In this document: positions 10,430 through 24,293 of the stretch, piece after piece | Position numbering within the stretch: the stretch's first letter is position 1 | Layout of the letters: each line of letters begins with the position of its first letter | DNA from: Eledone cirrhosa | Taxonomy: Eukaryota | Assembly (NCBI GenBank): GCA_964016885.1 | Contig: OZ024743.1 | Span: 127,472,001-127,536,000, forward strand | Reading direction: 5' to 3' | Length of the DNA stretch: 64,000 bases | Made by a program: the position numbers and the translations under genes | Notes under the pieces: generated by a model | Database searches by the model: none | Seen by the model: only the letters and a program-made list of their open reading frames with translations | What the model was told of the DNA's origin: nothing

Positions 10430-10885
10430 TTACACACTTACACCTCTCCAAGACAATGTCACTGGACCGAGACCTTTGGCGGTACTCAGTAACAGAGAAG
10501 ACCCGCCTTGCCAGTAGGCATCTCTAACAAAATACACCCCGTCCCGCCACCACCCCCACCCCATCCACACCACCCCGTTCTATGTAAAGTTATGTTGGTG
10601 CCGCGCCATCCAGGCCGAAACAAATGAGATCGTGTAGGTGTCACGACAAAAAAACACACAGTCCACGCTGTAATGTGGCCGTGTAGGCAACACGGTAAAA
10701 ACCTCCTCCCAGACCCACACTGTAAATGTGGTTGGTGTTAGGAAGGGCATCCAACTGTAGAAAACCTGCCAGACAGTCCTATGCGAGCAAGACAATCACT
10801 CTTGCCTCAAGTGGGACTACTCCCGTCCAAACCCATGCAAGCGTGGAACACGGACGTTAAACGTTGATGATGATGATGATGATGA
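10430..10885 (+). mobile_element. 5'-truncated RTE LINE 3' end
   Basis: Near-identical to 53535-53865 and ends in (GAT)n. Confidence 0.9.
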
Positions 10886-10955
10886 ATCAGCATCAATATC
10901 TGCTTTCTTGGATATCTCTAGCACATTCGTGTTTAAAATCTTTTTAAATCCTTTA

Positions 10956-11931
10956 TCTCTCTCTATATAAAATTTGTTGGCTTTCTGTCTGTCTGTCTGT
11001 CCCTATTATGCATTCTCTAAAGGGTGGACCAAATCAAATCAAATTTTGCAAGGTATTAGACTGGGAGGGGGTGGGGGAGGGGGCTCAACGTGTAATTTTT
11101 ATTTTCATTTGGATTAAAACAATAAAAGATTTCATCTAAAATAATATTTTTATAGTCAACTATAATAAACCACCACCACGTCACTTTTTGTATATGAGTG
11201 TATATGTGTCTGTGAATCTGTGTTTGTACACTCAGAGAATTAAACACACACACATCTACACATATATACACATGTGTGAGTGTATGTGAAAGTGTAGCCA
11301 TCACAGTCACATTTTGTATGTGTCTGTCTTAGTATATGTATGTGAATATATGTTAGTGTGTATGTGTGTGTGAGTGTATGAGTGTGTGTGTTGACCCCCA
11401 TAACGATATTTTCTTTAGTCAACTATAGTAAACCACCACCACCATGAAGTCACATTTTGTTTATGAGTGTGGCCCGCAGACAATTAAACATACACACACA
11501 CATCTACACATACAGATATATATGTGATGACAGACAGGTGTGTGTGTGTGTGTATGTCTGTGTGTTTCTGTCTTAGTATATGTATGGGAGTGTATGTGAG
11601 TGTATGTGTGATAATTTTTATTTTCATTTGGATTAAAACAATAGGACATCAGATTTTGTATATGAATATGTATGTGTCTGTGTGTGTATTTGCGCGGTCA
11701 TAGGTAGTTATTAAATACACACACATATCTACACATACATGAATTACACAATGAATCTTGTTTACCTTAAGGTGCTTCAAATTGACAGATTTTCATTTCT
11801 AAATTCTATTATCATTACAATTTAGATATTTTGAAATAATTATGAGAAAAAAAAACATAACTTCATAGTTATTGTTTACTAATCTGAATAAGAACAACAG
11901 TAACCCAGGCAACGCCGGGTAATTCAGCTAA
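10956..11931 (+). mobile_element. Non-autonomous Helitron
   Basis: A|TC 5' end followed by TATATAAAA and (CTGT)n. 3' hairpin ACCCAGGCAACGCCGGGT followed by CAGCTAA|T (CTRR), the same end type as 60857-60885. Confidence 0.65.
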
Positions 11932-12035
11932 TATATTTATATTTTATTTACAATCCAATATTCTGGTCACACAGTCCTTACTTCTGAGAAACATAAGCAT
12001 CATACATTTTATATAAGTTGTGAGACTTTAAATTA

Positions 12036-12079
<44 letters not shown>

Positions 12080-12155
12080 TATAACACCTTGTTAACTCCA
12101 CATGATGTCTATGACACTAACAACAATTATGTTCTGAATGACTAGGATTTTAGTT

Positions 12156-12693
12156 TGAATTAGTGACAAAGCTTTGAAGGGGTTGCGAGTGACCGAAATG
12201 GGACCTTAAGAATATTATACACCTACTACCGTAGGTGTATGATATATATATATATATATATATATAGTAATAAGAATATTTATATTTATATTTGTTTCAT
12301 ACAATTATAAATATGTAGGGTAGTACTAGGGTAGTACTGTGTAACCCGGCATTGCCTGGGTTACTGTTGTTCATATTCAGATTAGTAAACAATAACTATG
12401 AAGTTATGTTTTTTTTTCTCATAATTATTTCAAAATATCTAAATTGTAATGATAATAGAATTTTCGACATTCCCTATGCTACGATGATTCAGACTTCCCT
12501 CTGGAAGAAACAATTGTCAGCAAATAAATGTTCTAAACTAAAATTTGATCGTTTTAACACTTTGGATCTCGGCTCTGTAAAACACTTGAAAATTTGCATT
12601 GAGCCTTTTGTCATACCGGTAATAGGCTAGTACTTAGTACTACCCTACATATTTATAATTGTATGAAACAAATATAAATATAAATATTCTTAT

Positions 12694-12727
<34 letters not shown>

Positions 12728-12811
12728 TACACCTACGGTAGTAGGTGTATAATATTCTTAAGGTCCCATTTCGGTCACTCGCAACACATTCAAAGCTTTG
12801 TCACTAATTCA
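12156..12811. repeat. Inverted duplication (arms ~12156-12330 and ~12635-12811); 12342-12463 is also an inverted copy of ~11802-11920
   Basis: GTTGCGAGTGACCGAAATGGGACCTTAAGAAT / ATTCTTAAGGTCCCATTTCGGTCACTCGCAAC. Confidence 0.85.
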
Positions 12812-13031
12812 ATTTTTAATAGAATTGGATGCGGTTTTTTGCACTTTATAGGACCACAGATAAGCTACTTTTTGACATAAAAATATTGAAATTCGGTTCA
12901 GTAGAAAAAAAGTTACATAAAAATAAGTGAAGACCAAAAGAGTGTAAGGAACTACATACATAAGTAACGCTTAGTTTGTTTCTAATTTCTAATACGTTAA
13001 AATAGTGATAGATTGTGCAATAGTGAATTGT

Positions 13032-13104
13032 GGTCAGGTAGCTCAGTCGGTAGAGCAGCGGACCGGCAATTCGAAGGTCGTGGGTTCGATTCCCACCCTG
13101 ATTA
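13032..13104 (+). tRNA. tRNA-like cloverleaf (nominal anticodon GGC); probably a pseudogene or transposon-borne Pol III unit
   Basis: Acceptor GGTCAGG/CCTGATT; D arm GCTC-AGTCGGTA-GAGC; anticodon arm GCGGA-CCGGCAA-TTCGA (one mismatch, C33); T arm GTGGG-TTCGATT-CCCAC; followed by CTTTT. Confidence 0.6.
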
Positions 13105-13217
13105 CTTTTCCTATCTGCACTTCTTCCTATTCATTATTATTTATTTAACTTATTTGTTGATAAATATTTTTAATATTAATATAAGATCCTTGCATTGCCT
13201 GGAAAAAAAGTGGATTA

Positions 13218-14350
13218 CAGGGAAAAATGCGGGCGCATGTAAAGAAATATTCTTAAATTAATAAACCTAGAAAAGTAAAGGACAAGAAAACTTCTTAAAA
13301 CTTCTTAAAATATTGCAGCTAAAGTCTAAATTTGAAAAAATATATTTAGATTATAAAACTAAAAATAAATAATTATAAGTTAATTGTTAAAAAAATATCA
13401 CTTTAAAGGACTGGAAAAATGACTGTCTTATAGGGAGAGTTGACTACTGTATACTTAATTTTTTTTCTTGGTGTATACAAATTAATCTTTTTAAAATAAA
13501 ATTTGTACAATAATTAATTAATAATAATAATAATTAATATGTACAATTTATTAATTTATGTTATAAGATATTTAAAAATGTTCACTCTTAATCAAATTAT
13601 ATTTTAAAAAATTTAGTTATAAAATAATGCAGTAAAATAAATCAAAAACAGTGCATCATATAATTGCACTTTTTATGAGTATTACAGATTTTTTTTATAA
13701 TATAGTAAAATTCAACATCTCAAGGGGCAAAATTAGGTAAAAGTCAATTCATCAATTATTCATTTATAGTGAATCAATCAATTATAGTGAATTCATCAAT
13801 TCATTAGATGAACTGTTGAATTAGACAATGTTTAATTTTTAATTGTAGTCTAATTTTACTCTACCTAAAAATGTAGATTGGTTATTTTGATCTCTGACAG
13901 GTCTTAAATTTCATTATTAAACAATTATAATTTGTTATTATTTATCATTACAGTTGGCTCCCTAATTAATTATTAATTAATTGTTAGTGTCATTTACACG
14001 CCAAAATTTTGTTTTCTTTGATGTTTATAATTGTCACTCATTTTTCCGGTCCCATTTAGTAAAGTAAAATAAAGTATATTTATTTAATGACCCAACCACT
14101 ATGGTGTAAATAAGGATCACAAAATTAAATAAATGATCATAAATTAGTATTATTATCAATTAGAGAGTCAACTGTATTATTAGAATTTATCACTTTCTAT
14201 GTATATTTAAATCAAATATTTTTTATTATTCAAATTTATACTATAGCTGCAATATTTTAAGAAGTTTTAAGAAGAAGTTTTCTTGTCCTTTACTTTTCTA
14301 GGATTATTAATTTAAGAATATTTCTTTACATGGGCCCGCATTTTTCCCTG
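13218..14350. mobile_element. Non-autonomous Tc1/mariner-type element (~105-bp TIRs, TA target duplication)
   Basis: TA|CAGGGAAAAATGCGGGCGCATGTAAAGAAATATTC...GAATATTTCTTTACATGGGCCCGCATTTTTCCCTG|TA with an AT-rich non-coding interior. Confidence 0.8.
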
Positions 14351-14961
14351 TAATATATATATGTGTGTGTGTATGTGTGTGTGTAAATGAAGTAATTCCG
14401 TCGGAAAGGTCCAGGAAAAAAGAGTGCTCTACTGACTGCTCCTCTATACACAGTCCTTCTAGTTTATTTAGTCGTGACTGTCTATTTCATGTTTATAACA
14501 TTACTATTGTCAATGTGGTTTTTATTGTTGTCTCAGGTGTTTATCTTTAGGAGTGGTTGCTTTGGCTGGCCATTGTTGTTTGTATGCGATACATTAGATA
14601 CATATGCGATCATCCATTATATAACAATATAAAGGCGAGCTGAAATGCGTCAGCCATGTGCATAGATAAAAAGTCAAATTCACAACTTAAAAGAGTGAAA
14701 AACAAAATTAGTAGCAGGAAAAAGAGTGCATATCAAAACAAAAACACAATAAAAAGTGAAAAATTGTTTAACTTACTCGCAATATTCCGCTCGTTGGGAG
14801 ATATAATAATAATAATAAGGGTTGACGGACCCAGCATATTTATCAATGCCAGTACCGGTTGTATCTCAGCGCACTCAATGGGCAATGTAAGATACATTAC
14901 CAGAGTATACACATAGTTATTTACCTCAACACAACACACGTAAAACGGGTGCCTATAAGGT

Positions 14962-15073
14962 TCCCGGACTCGAGTTTATGCCGCACTAATGCAGCAGTAA
15001 GGTGCACTGCACCATCTGTCTGCATATATTACGCAACAATGCACAATCGGCTTATGCGGCTTCATCAGCGGGT
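14962..15073 (-). ncRNA. Minimal hammerhead motif, copy B (GAAA>UAAA); duplicate at 21303-21414
   Basis: Minus strand: CCCG-CUGAUGA-AGCCGCA...UGCGGCA-UAAAC-UCGA-GUC-CGGG, with a palindromic UCGA loop. Confidence 0.6.
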
Positions 15074-15341
15074 ATCGCTTAATCAATAACCATATATATA
15101 CATATATACATATATACACATATATATATATAAGAAAATACATAAATATTATATATATATAAAAATAAAAAGGTGAAAGGGGTAAACAAATAGTTGGGAA
15201 TACGACAAATAATAAATAAATAAATAAATAGGTAAGGGTATAAATGTTTATAGCTGATTTAGAGCACTCAACAAGTTCTTGGAGCAAATAATCAATGAAA
15301 AAAAGCTTTAAATCACTCTGTATGTAATCATGCATATACAT

Positions 15342-15392
<51 letters not shown>

Positions 15393-16307
15393 ACCATACA
15401 AATACACACATATATACATACATACACATACATATATATATATATACATATAAATATAGGAAAAAGTATGAGCTCAAGCCGTTTCTGAGGCTATTATATA
15501 TATACACACATAGACATATATATAAAAATACACATATAGACATATATATAAAAATACACATATGCACACACACACACATATCTACAAAAAGTTACGTCAC
15601 CACCTTAATAAAAATACACACACACATATAAACACACACACACACACACACACGCAAGCGTGGAATATGGACGTTAAACGATGATGATGATGATATGGTG
15701 GCTGCCAACTCGTTTTCGAGTACGGTCACTACCTTATGTCCATGTAGGAGAACCCCTACTGATGCGCTGAACGAGTGTGACTTTTTAGTCCAGCCAGCGA
15801 CTTGAAAACTCTGGTACAAACACTACACTTGTGACAATTATTGACACATAGTGCTAGGCCTATGGTACCATGTGACGACAAGTGCAGAGAGATCTCCAGA
15901 TATAAAGCAATGCCTGTGCCGTGAAGTTTTTATAGTGAGCAAAGGCACTGCACAAAGCCAGTCCCACTCTCTTAACCAAGATGATATTTAGCAAAAAGAA
16001 GAACAAGTCAACATCACTGGATACCATCAGGGTTGCAGGTATTATATCAGAGTTTTCCTTCTCCTAGAATTCTGCCTTGACAAAGGCTAAGGGGTCATCT
16101 CTCCCGGTGATTTTGGATGGCCATTGACTCTTAAGAGCTCCTTTGCCCTTTGACAGGTTTTGTTTTTAGTCCTGCAGGATGTCCAAAGTCACCCTCCTCA
16201 CCAAGAAACCTTGGTGGGGTTGCCAGTTTAGTCGCCAACGACCCGACCATGAGACAGGTTGTACTGGGATACATGTTACCAGTAGCACCAACTGGTGACC
16301 TGACATA

Positions 16308-16338
<31 letters not shown>

Positions 16339-17694
16339 TATACAACAGATACATTTTATATGTATCTGTTGTATATGTGTATGTGTGTGTGTTTATATGT
16401 GTGTGTGTATTTTTATTAAGGTGGTGACGTAACTTTTTGTAGATATGTGTGTATATGTGCACACACGCACATACACAACCATTCAAATTTTGTTTGCTTT
16501 CAAGAAACCACTGGTAAATGAAATAATTATCTTACGTTGTTTATTACATAACTATTAAGCTCTGTAACCGACATAGAGCACACTTTTTTCCTGGACTTTT
16601 CCGACGGAATTACTTCACATATATATATATATACATATACATACATATACACACATACATATATATATATACATACACACAAATGTATGTGTGTAAAACT
16701 CATTTTTAGATGTATTCATTGAACCTTGTTTAACTCTTAAATATATATATATATATATATATATATTCACACACATATATATATATATATATGCATATAT
16801 AAGAATATACATAAATATTATATATAAAAATAAAAAGGTGAAAGGGGTAAACAAATAGTTGGGAATACGACAAATAATAAATAAATAAATAAATAAATAA
16901 ATAGGTAAGGGTATGAATGTTTATAGTTGATTTAGAGCACTCAACAAATTCCTGGAGCAAATAATCAATGCAAAAAAGCAAATCACTCTATGTAATTATG
17001 CATATACACACACACACGCACACGCACAACCATACAAATACACACATATATACATACATATACATATAGGAAAAAAGTATGACCCCGACGGCAGAGCTCA
17101 AGCCGTTTCTGAGGCTATTATATATACACACACATAGACATATATATAAAAATACACATATACACACACACATATCTAAATAAAAATACACGCACATATA
17201 TAAACACACACACACACACATATATACACACACACACATATACAACAAATACATATAAAATAGAATTATATACACACATACATATACATACAGATATATA
17301 TATATAATTATATATACATATACATATACATACATATATATACATATATACACATATACACAACACACACATACACAGAAATAAATATCTAAAAATAAAA
17401 AAGGTGGTTATGTAAAGGGTAAGGTAGAAAGTAGGGGGATATAAGGAAAATAAATGACAGGAAAAAGTTTAAATATAAGGGGAGATAAGGGAGAAAAAGA
17501 ATATAAGAGTACAGAAAGTGAGTTCAGAAAGTAATAAAAATCGTAGTGGATGTAAGGCGTAGAGAGCAGAGAAGAAGTTCAAGGTGGTTGAGTCATCGTA
17601 GGAATGTCAATCCAGTTACAGATCAGATGTGATTTCAGGTGAGGACAACATCTGAAGATCTCGGTCTTGGAGTTCAGGCAAGTTGAAGTGGCTT

Positions 17695-18099
17695 TCAAGT
17701 TTTATAAAATCCTATATTTGTCAGTGGTACACAAAGAACAATTCTTTGTGCCTCTTTGGTACTCCCTCGAATGGAATAAAATAGACCAATCGATAGAGTA
17801 CGGATGTTTTTATCCTTGAATTCCCACACCTTATTTGCGAGAGCTGTTGCTGTTCTTTTATCAGAGTGTTTAAAAGAAGTGACATATGTATAAAACCTGG
17901 TTTTAAACCTGTCCCGAGTCATGCCAACATATCGTTCACTCCTATCTGGCTGGTTGTTAATTAAAGGTGTCACTTTGGCCTCATATATAACGGATTTGGT
18001 GTTACACTTGCCCTGTAATGAGCATTCATTCGGCTTCCTGCAACTACATCCTGGATTTCTTCTCGTACGATTAGAATTGGTAATTTTAGACTTCATCAT
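17695..18099 (-). mobile_element. Penelope-like GIY-YIG endonuclease fragment
   Basis: CSCRKPNECSLQGKCNTKSVIYEAKV...YVGMT...FKTRFY...SF...TALANKVW matches the PLE GIY-YIG pattern. Frameshifted toward the C-terminus. Confidence 0.8.
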
Positions 18100-18103
18100 T
18101 TTA

Positions 18104-18167
18104 TTTTATCTGATGAGAATGTACTATTGAACTTGATTCAAGTACCTCTGAAATATGTATAATAAAA
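18104..18167 (+). ncRNA. Minimal type I hammerhead motif, inverted next to the PLE endonuclease fragment
   Basis: UUUUAU-CUGAUGA(18110-18116)-stem II (GUAC..UUGAA/UUCAA-GUAC)-GAAAU-AUGU-AUA-AUAAAA. The duplicate at 24703-24766 has C>T in the core. Confidence 0.6.
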
Positions 18168-18606
18168 TTTAATTGATCACAAGAACATCTATTTTATTAA
18201 TATTTGAATTTAATATTAATAACTCTGGAAAATATCTTGCTGTAGAGTGCTTTCAATCTACTGTAAAACTCATTCTTTGATGTACTCATTGAATCTTGTT
18301 TAATTCTTTAAAATATATATATATATACAAATATCTTTTGATGTCGAACCTGTGCTCTAGATCACAGGTTCTCAACCCATTTAGGCCAAATGCCCTCTTT
18401 TGTGCCTTGAAATTATGAAACGCCCCTACCCTATTTTTCCATTTTTCAATATACTACTGATTTTGATATCAGTCGATTACTAAAAGATTGATTAACAATA
18501 TTCCAAAGATACCATTGCAGGCAGATTAGAGTATAAATACATTCCTTGAAAGGAAATATATAAATTTGAAAAAGAGGAACATAAATGTTCTTTTTTATGA
18601 ATAAGG

Positions 18607-18990
18607 AAGGCGCATGGCTTAGTGGTTAGAGCATTGGGCTTGCAATCGAAAGGTTGTGAGTTCAACTCTCGGACCGGGTGATGAGTTGTTTCCTTGAGCA
18701 AGACACTTTATTTCACATTCCTCCAGTTTACTCAGCTGTAGAAATGAGATGATAGAACTGGGGTCCCTATCATTCCACTGAAAAGTGGACGTGTAGGCGC
18801 CACATAAAAAAGCACCCAGCACTCACTGTAAATGAGGTTGGTGTTAGGACGGGCATCCAGCTGTAGAAATCAAGCCAGAATCAGTTCCTGTATGAGCAAG
18901 ACAAGGTCAGCTGACCAGACACTGCCCACAAGAGGACAACCCGTCTAACCCATGCTAGCGTGGAAGAACGGACGTAAAACGGTGCTGCTG
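18607..18990 (+). mobile_element. Full-length SINE family A (tRNA head, CORE-like domain, RTE-derived 3' tail); duplicate at ~25210-25643
   Basis: GGCGCATGGCTTAGTGGTTAGAGC...GAGTTCAACTC...TCCTTGAGCAAGACACTTT. The 3' half matches the RTE UTR at 8850-9110. Confidence 0.85.
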
Positions 18991-21689
18991 AAGGACCAGT
19001 TGAATTTGTTATATTCCCACCAGGCGATACCAGCTATTTTGAACATTTATACAAGACAACTCTGTCTATCCAAAGAGTGGTCTTATCTGGAAGAAAGTGG
19101 CAATTATATCATTTCAAAGCTTTCCAATTTTCCCTTTATTGAAACGGACAGAATAAATGTTGATATCTAACTTAATGTACCCTCTGCTTTGTGAGCTTAG
19201 AGACACTGGATGAGGGTTTTCATGATTATATAAGAGGGTATATTTATATGCCCTATATGTGTGTATATATGTGGCCCTATATGTGTGTATTATCTGATTA
19301 TGTGTTGTATGTGGTCCTAGATGTGTGTACTACCTGATTATGTGTTGTATGTGGTCCTAGATGTGTGTATTACCTACTTATGTGTTGTATGTGGTTCTAG
19401 ATATGTGTGCTACCCGCTTCTGTGTTTTTTCTTTTCTTTTTTTGCTTGTAGTATTATTCATACAATAGGGAATACAATAGATCTACATAGTGTTAACTCA
19501 GTGCGGTTGAGTCAATAAGTTCAGACTTGAAATACATTGTTATCGGTGAAAGAAAGACAAGATTCTAACTGGCTGCGCTCAAAGTGTTTTTGACCCAGTT
19601 GACTGTAGGTTTATTTCATTTTTAGGATCGCAATTGCCGGTTAATATCTAGACACGCCTGAAAACCTGCTTACAGCTGCGGTCAGACCATAGTTATGCTG
19701 CCTGCATGCTCATTCAAATGCATTCACACTGGCTGTCTCAGAGACATACAAATATATGTGTGTGTGTGTTGACCCTCCCATAACGATATTTTCTTTAGTC
19801 AACAATAGTAAACCACCACCACCATGAAGTCACATTTTGTTTATGAGTGTGGACGCAGACAATTAAACACACACACACACATCTACACATACAGATACAT
19901 ATGTGATGACAGACAGGTGTGTGTGTGTGAATGTATGTCTGTGTGTTTCTGTCTTAGTATATGTATGGGAGTGTATGTGAGTGTATGTGTGATAATTCTT
20001 ATTTTCATTTGGATTAAAACAATAGGACATCAGATTTTGTATATGAATATGTATGTGTCTGTGTGTGTGTTTGCGCGGTCATTAGGTAGTTATTAAATAC
20101 ACACACATATCTACACATACATGAATTACACAATGAATCTTGTTTACTCTAAGGTGCTTCAAATTGACAGATTTTCATTTCTAAATTCTCTTATCATTAC
20201 AATTTTGATATTTAAAAAATAAAATATAGATATTTTGAAATAATTATGAGAAAAAAAAACATAACTTCATAGTTATTGTTTATAAGCATCATACATTTTA
20301 TATAAGTTGTGAGACTTTAAATTAGTATATATATATATATATATATATACTATAACACCTTGTTAACTCTACATGATGTCTATGCCACTAACAACAATTA
20401 TGTACCCTAAATGTTCTGAATGACTAGGATTTTAGTCACATGTTTCGACATTCCCTATGCTGCGATGATTCAGACTTCCCTCGGAAAGAAACAATTGTCA
20501 GCAAATAAATGTTCTAAACTAAAATTTGATCGTTTTAACACTTTGTATCTCGGCTCTGTAAAACACTTGAAAATTTTCATTGAGCCTTTTGTCATACCGG
20601 TAACAGGCTAGTACTTAGTACTACCCTACATATTTATAATTGTGTTAAACAAATATAAATATAAATATTCTTATTACTATATATATATATATGTGTGTGT
20701 GTGTGTATGTGTGTGTGTAAATGAAGTAATTCCGTCGGAAAGGTCCAGGAAAAAAGAGTGCTCTACTGACTGCTCCTCTATACACAGTCCTTCTAGTTTA
20801 TTTAGTCGTGACTGTCTATTTCATGTTTATAACATTACTATTGTCAATGTGGTTTTTATTGTTGTCTCAGGTGTTTATCTTTAGGAGTGGTTGCTTTGGC
20901 TGGCCATTGTTGTTTGTATGCGATACATTAGATACATATGCGATCATCCATTATATAACAATATAAAGGCGAGCTGAAATGCGTCAGCCATGTGCATAGA
21001 TAAAAAGTCAAATTCACAACTTAAAAGAGTGAAAAACAAAATTAGTAGCAGGAAAAAGAGTGCATATCAAAACAAAAACACAATAAAAAGTGAAAAATTG
21101 TTTAACTTACTCGCAATATTCCGCTCGTTGGGAGATAATAATAATAATAATAATAATAAGGGTTGACGGACCCAGCATATTTATCAATGCCAGTACCGGT
21201 TGTATCTCAGCGCACTCAATGGGCAATGTAAGATACATTACCAGAGTATACACATAGTTATTTGCCTCAACACAACACACGTAAAACGGGTGCCTATAAG
21301 GTTACCGGACTCGAGTTTATGTCGCACTAATGCAGCAGTAAGGTGCACTGCACCATCTGTCTGCATATATTATGCAACAATGCACAATCGGCTTATGCGG
21401 CTTCATCAGCGGGTATCGCTTAATCAATAACCATATATATACATATATACATATATACACATATATATATATAAGAAAATACATAAATATTATATATATA
21501 TAAAAATAAAAAGGTGAAAGGGGTAAACAAATAGTTGGGAATACGACAAATAATAAATAAATAAATAAATAGGTAAGGGTATAAATGTTTATAGCTGATT
21601 TAGAGCACTCAACAAGTTCTTGGAGCAAATAATCAATGAAAAAAAGCTTTAAATCACTCTGTATGTAATCATGCTATACATACACATAC

Positions 21690-21720
<31 letters not shown>

Positions 21721-23033
21721 ACCATACAAATACACACATATATACATACATACACATACATATATATATATATATACATATAAATATAGGAAAAAGTATG
21801 AGCTCAAGCCGTTTCTGAGGCTATTATATATATACACACATAGACATATATATAAAAATACACATATACACACACACACACACATCTACAAAAAGTTGCG
21901 TCACCACCTTAATAAAAATACACACACACATATAAACACACACACACACACACACACACACATGCAAGCGTGGAATATGGACATTAAACGATGATGATGA
22001 TGATATGGTGGCTGCCAACTCGTTTTCGAGTACGGCCACTACCTTATATCCATGTAGGAGAACCCCTACTGATGCGCTGAACGAGTGTGACTTTTTAGTC
22101 CAGCCAGTGACTTGAAAACTCTGGTACAAACACTACACTTGTGACAATTATTGACACATAGTGCTGGGCCCATGGCACCATGTGACGACAAGTGCAGAGA
22201 GATCTCCAGATATAAAGCAATGCCTGTACCGTGAAGCTTTTATAGTGAGCAAAGGGACTGCACAAAGCCAGTCCCACTCTCTTAACCAAGATAATATTTA
22301 GCAAAAAGAAGAACAAATCAACATCACTGGATACCATCAGGGTTGCAGGTATTATATCAGAGTTTTCCTTCTCCTAGAATTCTGCCTTGACAAAGGCTAA
22401 GGGGTCATCTCTCCCGGTGATTTTGGATGGCCATTGACTCTTAAGAGCTCCTTTGCCCTTTGACAGGTTTCGTTTTTAGTCCTGCAGGATGTCCAAAGTC
22501 ACCCTCCTCACCAAGAAACCTTGGTGGGGTTGCCAGTTTAGTCGCCAACGACCCGACCATGCGACAGGTTGTACTGGGATACATGTTACCAGTAGCACCA
22601 ACTGGTGACCTGACATAATATATATATATATATATATGTATCTGTTGTATATGTGTATGTGTGTGTGTTTATATGTGTGTGTGTATTTTTATTAAGGTGG
22701 TGATGTAACTTTTTGTAGATATGTGTGTATATGTGCACACACGCACATACACAACCATTCAAATTTTGTTTGCTTTCAAGAAACCACTGGTAAATGAAAT
22801 AATTATCTTACGTTGTTTATTACATAACTATTAAGCTCTGTAACCTACATAGAGCACACTTTTTTCCTGGACTTTTCCGACGGAATTACTTCACATATAT
22901 ATATACATATACATACATATACACACACACATACATATATATACATACACACACATGTATGTGTGTAAAACTCATTTTTAGATGTATTCATTGAACCTTG
23001 TTTAACTCTTAAATATATATATATATATATATT

Positions 23034-23097
<64 letters not shown>

Positions 23098-23640
23098 TAA
23101 GAATATACATAAATATTATATATAAAAATAAAAAGGTGAAAGGGGTAAACAAATAGTTGAGAATACGACAAATAATAAATAAATAAATAAATAGGTAAGG
23201 GTATGAATGTTTATAGCTGATTTAGAGCACTCAACAAGTTCCTGGAGCAAATAATCAATGCAAAAAAGCATTAAATCACTCTGTATGTAATTATGCATAT
23301 GCACACACACAACCATACAAATACACACATATATACATACATATACATATAGGAAAAAAGTATGACCCCGACGGCAGAGCTCAAGCCCTTTCTGAGGCTA
23401 TTATATATACACACACAGACATATATATAAAAATACACATATACACACACACATATCTAAATAAAAATACACGCACACATATAAACACACACACACACAC
23501 ATATATATATACACACACACACACATATACAACAAATACATATAAAATAGAATTATATACGCACATACATATACATACAGATATATATATATAATTATAT
23601 ATACATATACATATACATACATATATATACATATATACAC

Positions 23641-23948
23641 CGCGAGGACCAAAAACGTGAGGTGTTCAGGATTGCTAGGAAACAAATGAGATCGTGTAGG
23701 TGTCACGACAAAAAAACACACAGTCCACGCTGTAATGTGGCCGTGTAGGCAACACGGTAAAAACCTCCCAGACCCACACTGTAAATGTGGTTGGTGTTAG
23801 GAAGGGCATCCAACTGTAGAAAACCTGCCAGACAGTCCTATGCGAGCAAGACAATCACTCTTGCCTCAAGTGGGACTACCCCCGTCCAAACCCATGCAAG
23901 CGTGGAACACGGACGTTAAACGTTGATGATGATGATGATGATGATGAT
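23641..23948 (+). mobile_element. Short RTE insertion present only in duplication unit 2
   Basis: Absent at the equivalent site (~17352) of unit 1. Consists of RTE 3' UTR with a (GAT)n tail, preceded by ~39 bp matching the RTE ORF at 51735-51772. Confidence 0.85.
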
Positions 23949-24293
23949 ACACATATACACAACACACACATACACAGAAATAAATATCTAAAAATAAAAA
24001 AGGTGGTTATGTAAAGGGTAAGGTAGAAAGTAGGGGGATATACGGAAAATAAATGACAGGAAAAAGTTTAAATATAAGGGGAGATAAGGGAGAAAAAGAA
24101 TATAAGAGTACAGAAAGTGAGTTCAGAAAGTAATAAAAATCGTAGTGGATGTAAGGCGTAGAGAGCAGAGAAGAAGTTCAAGGTGGTTGAGTCATCGTAG
24201 GAATGTCAATCCAGTTACAGATCAGATGTGATTTCAGGTGAGGACAACATCTGAAGATCTCGGTCTTGGAGTTCAGGCAAGTTGAAGTGGCTT

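Noticed and set aside
16020-16115. HDV-like ribozyme in an RTE/SINE-like segment (minus-strand CTAGGAGAAGGAAAACTCTGA)
   Set aside because: I could not build the nested double pseudoknot by eye; treated as an old retroelement remnant.
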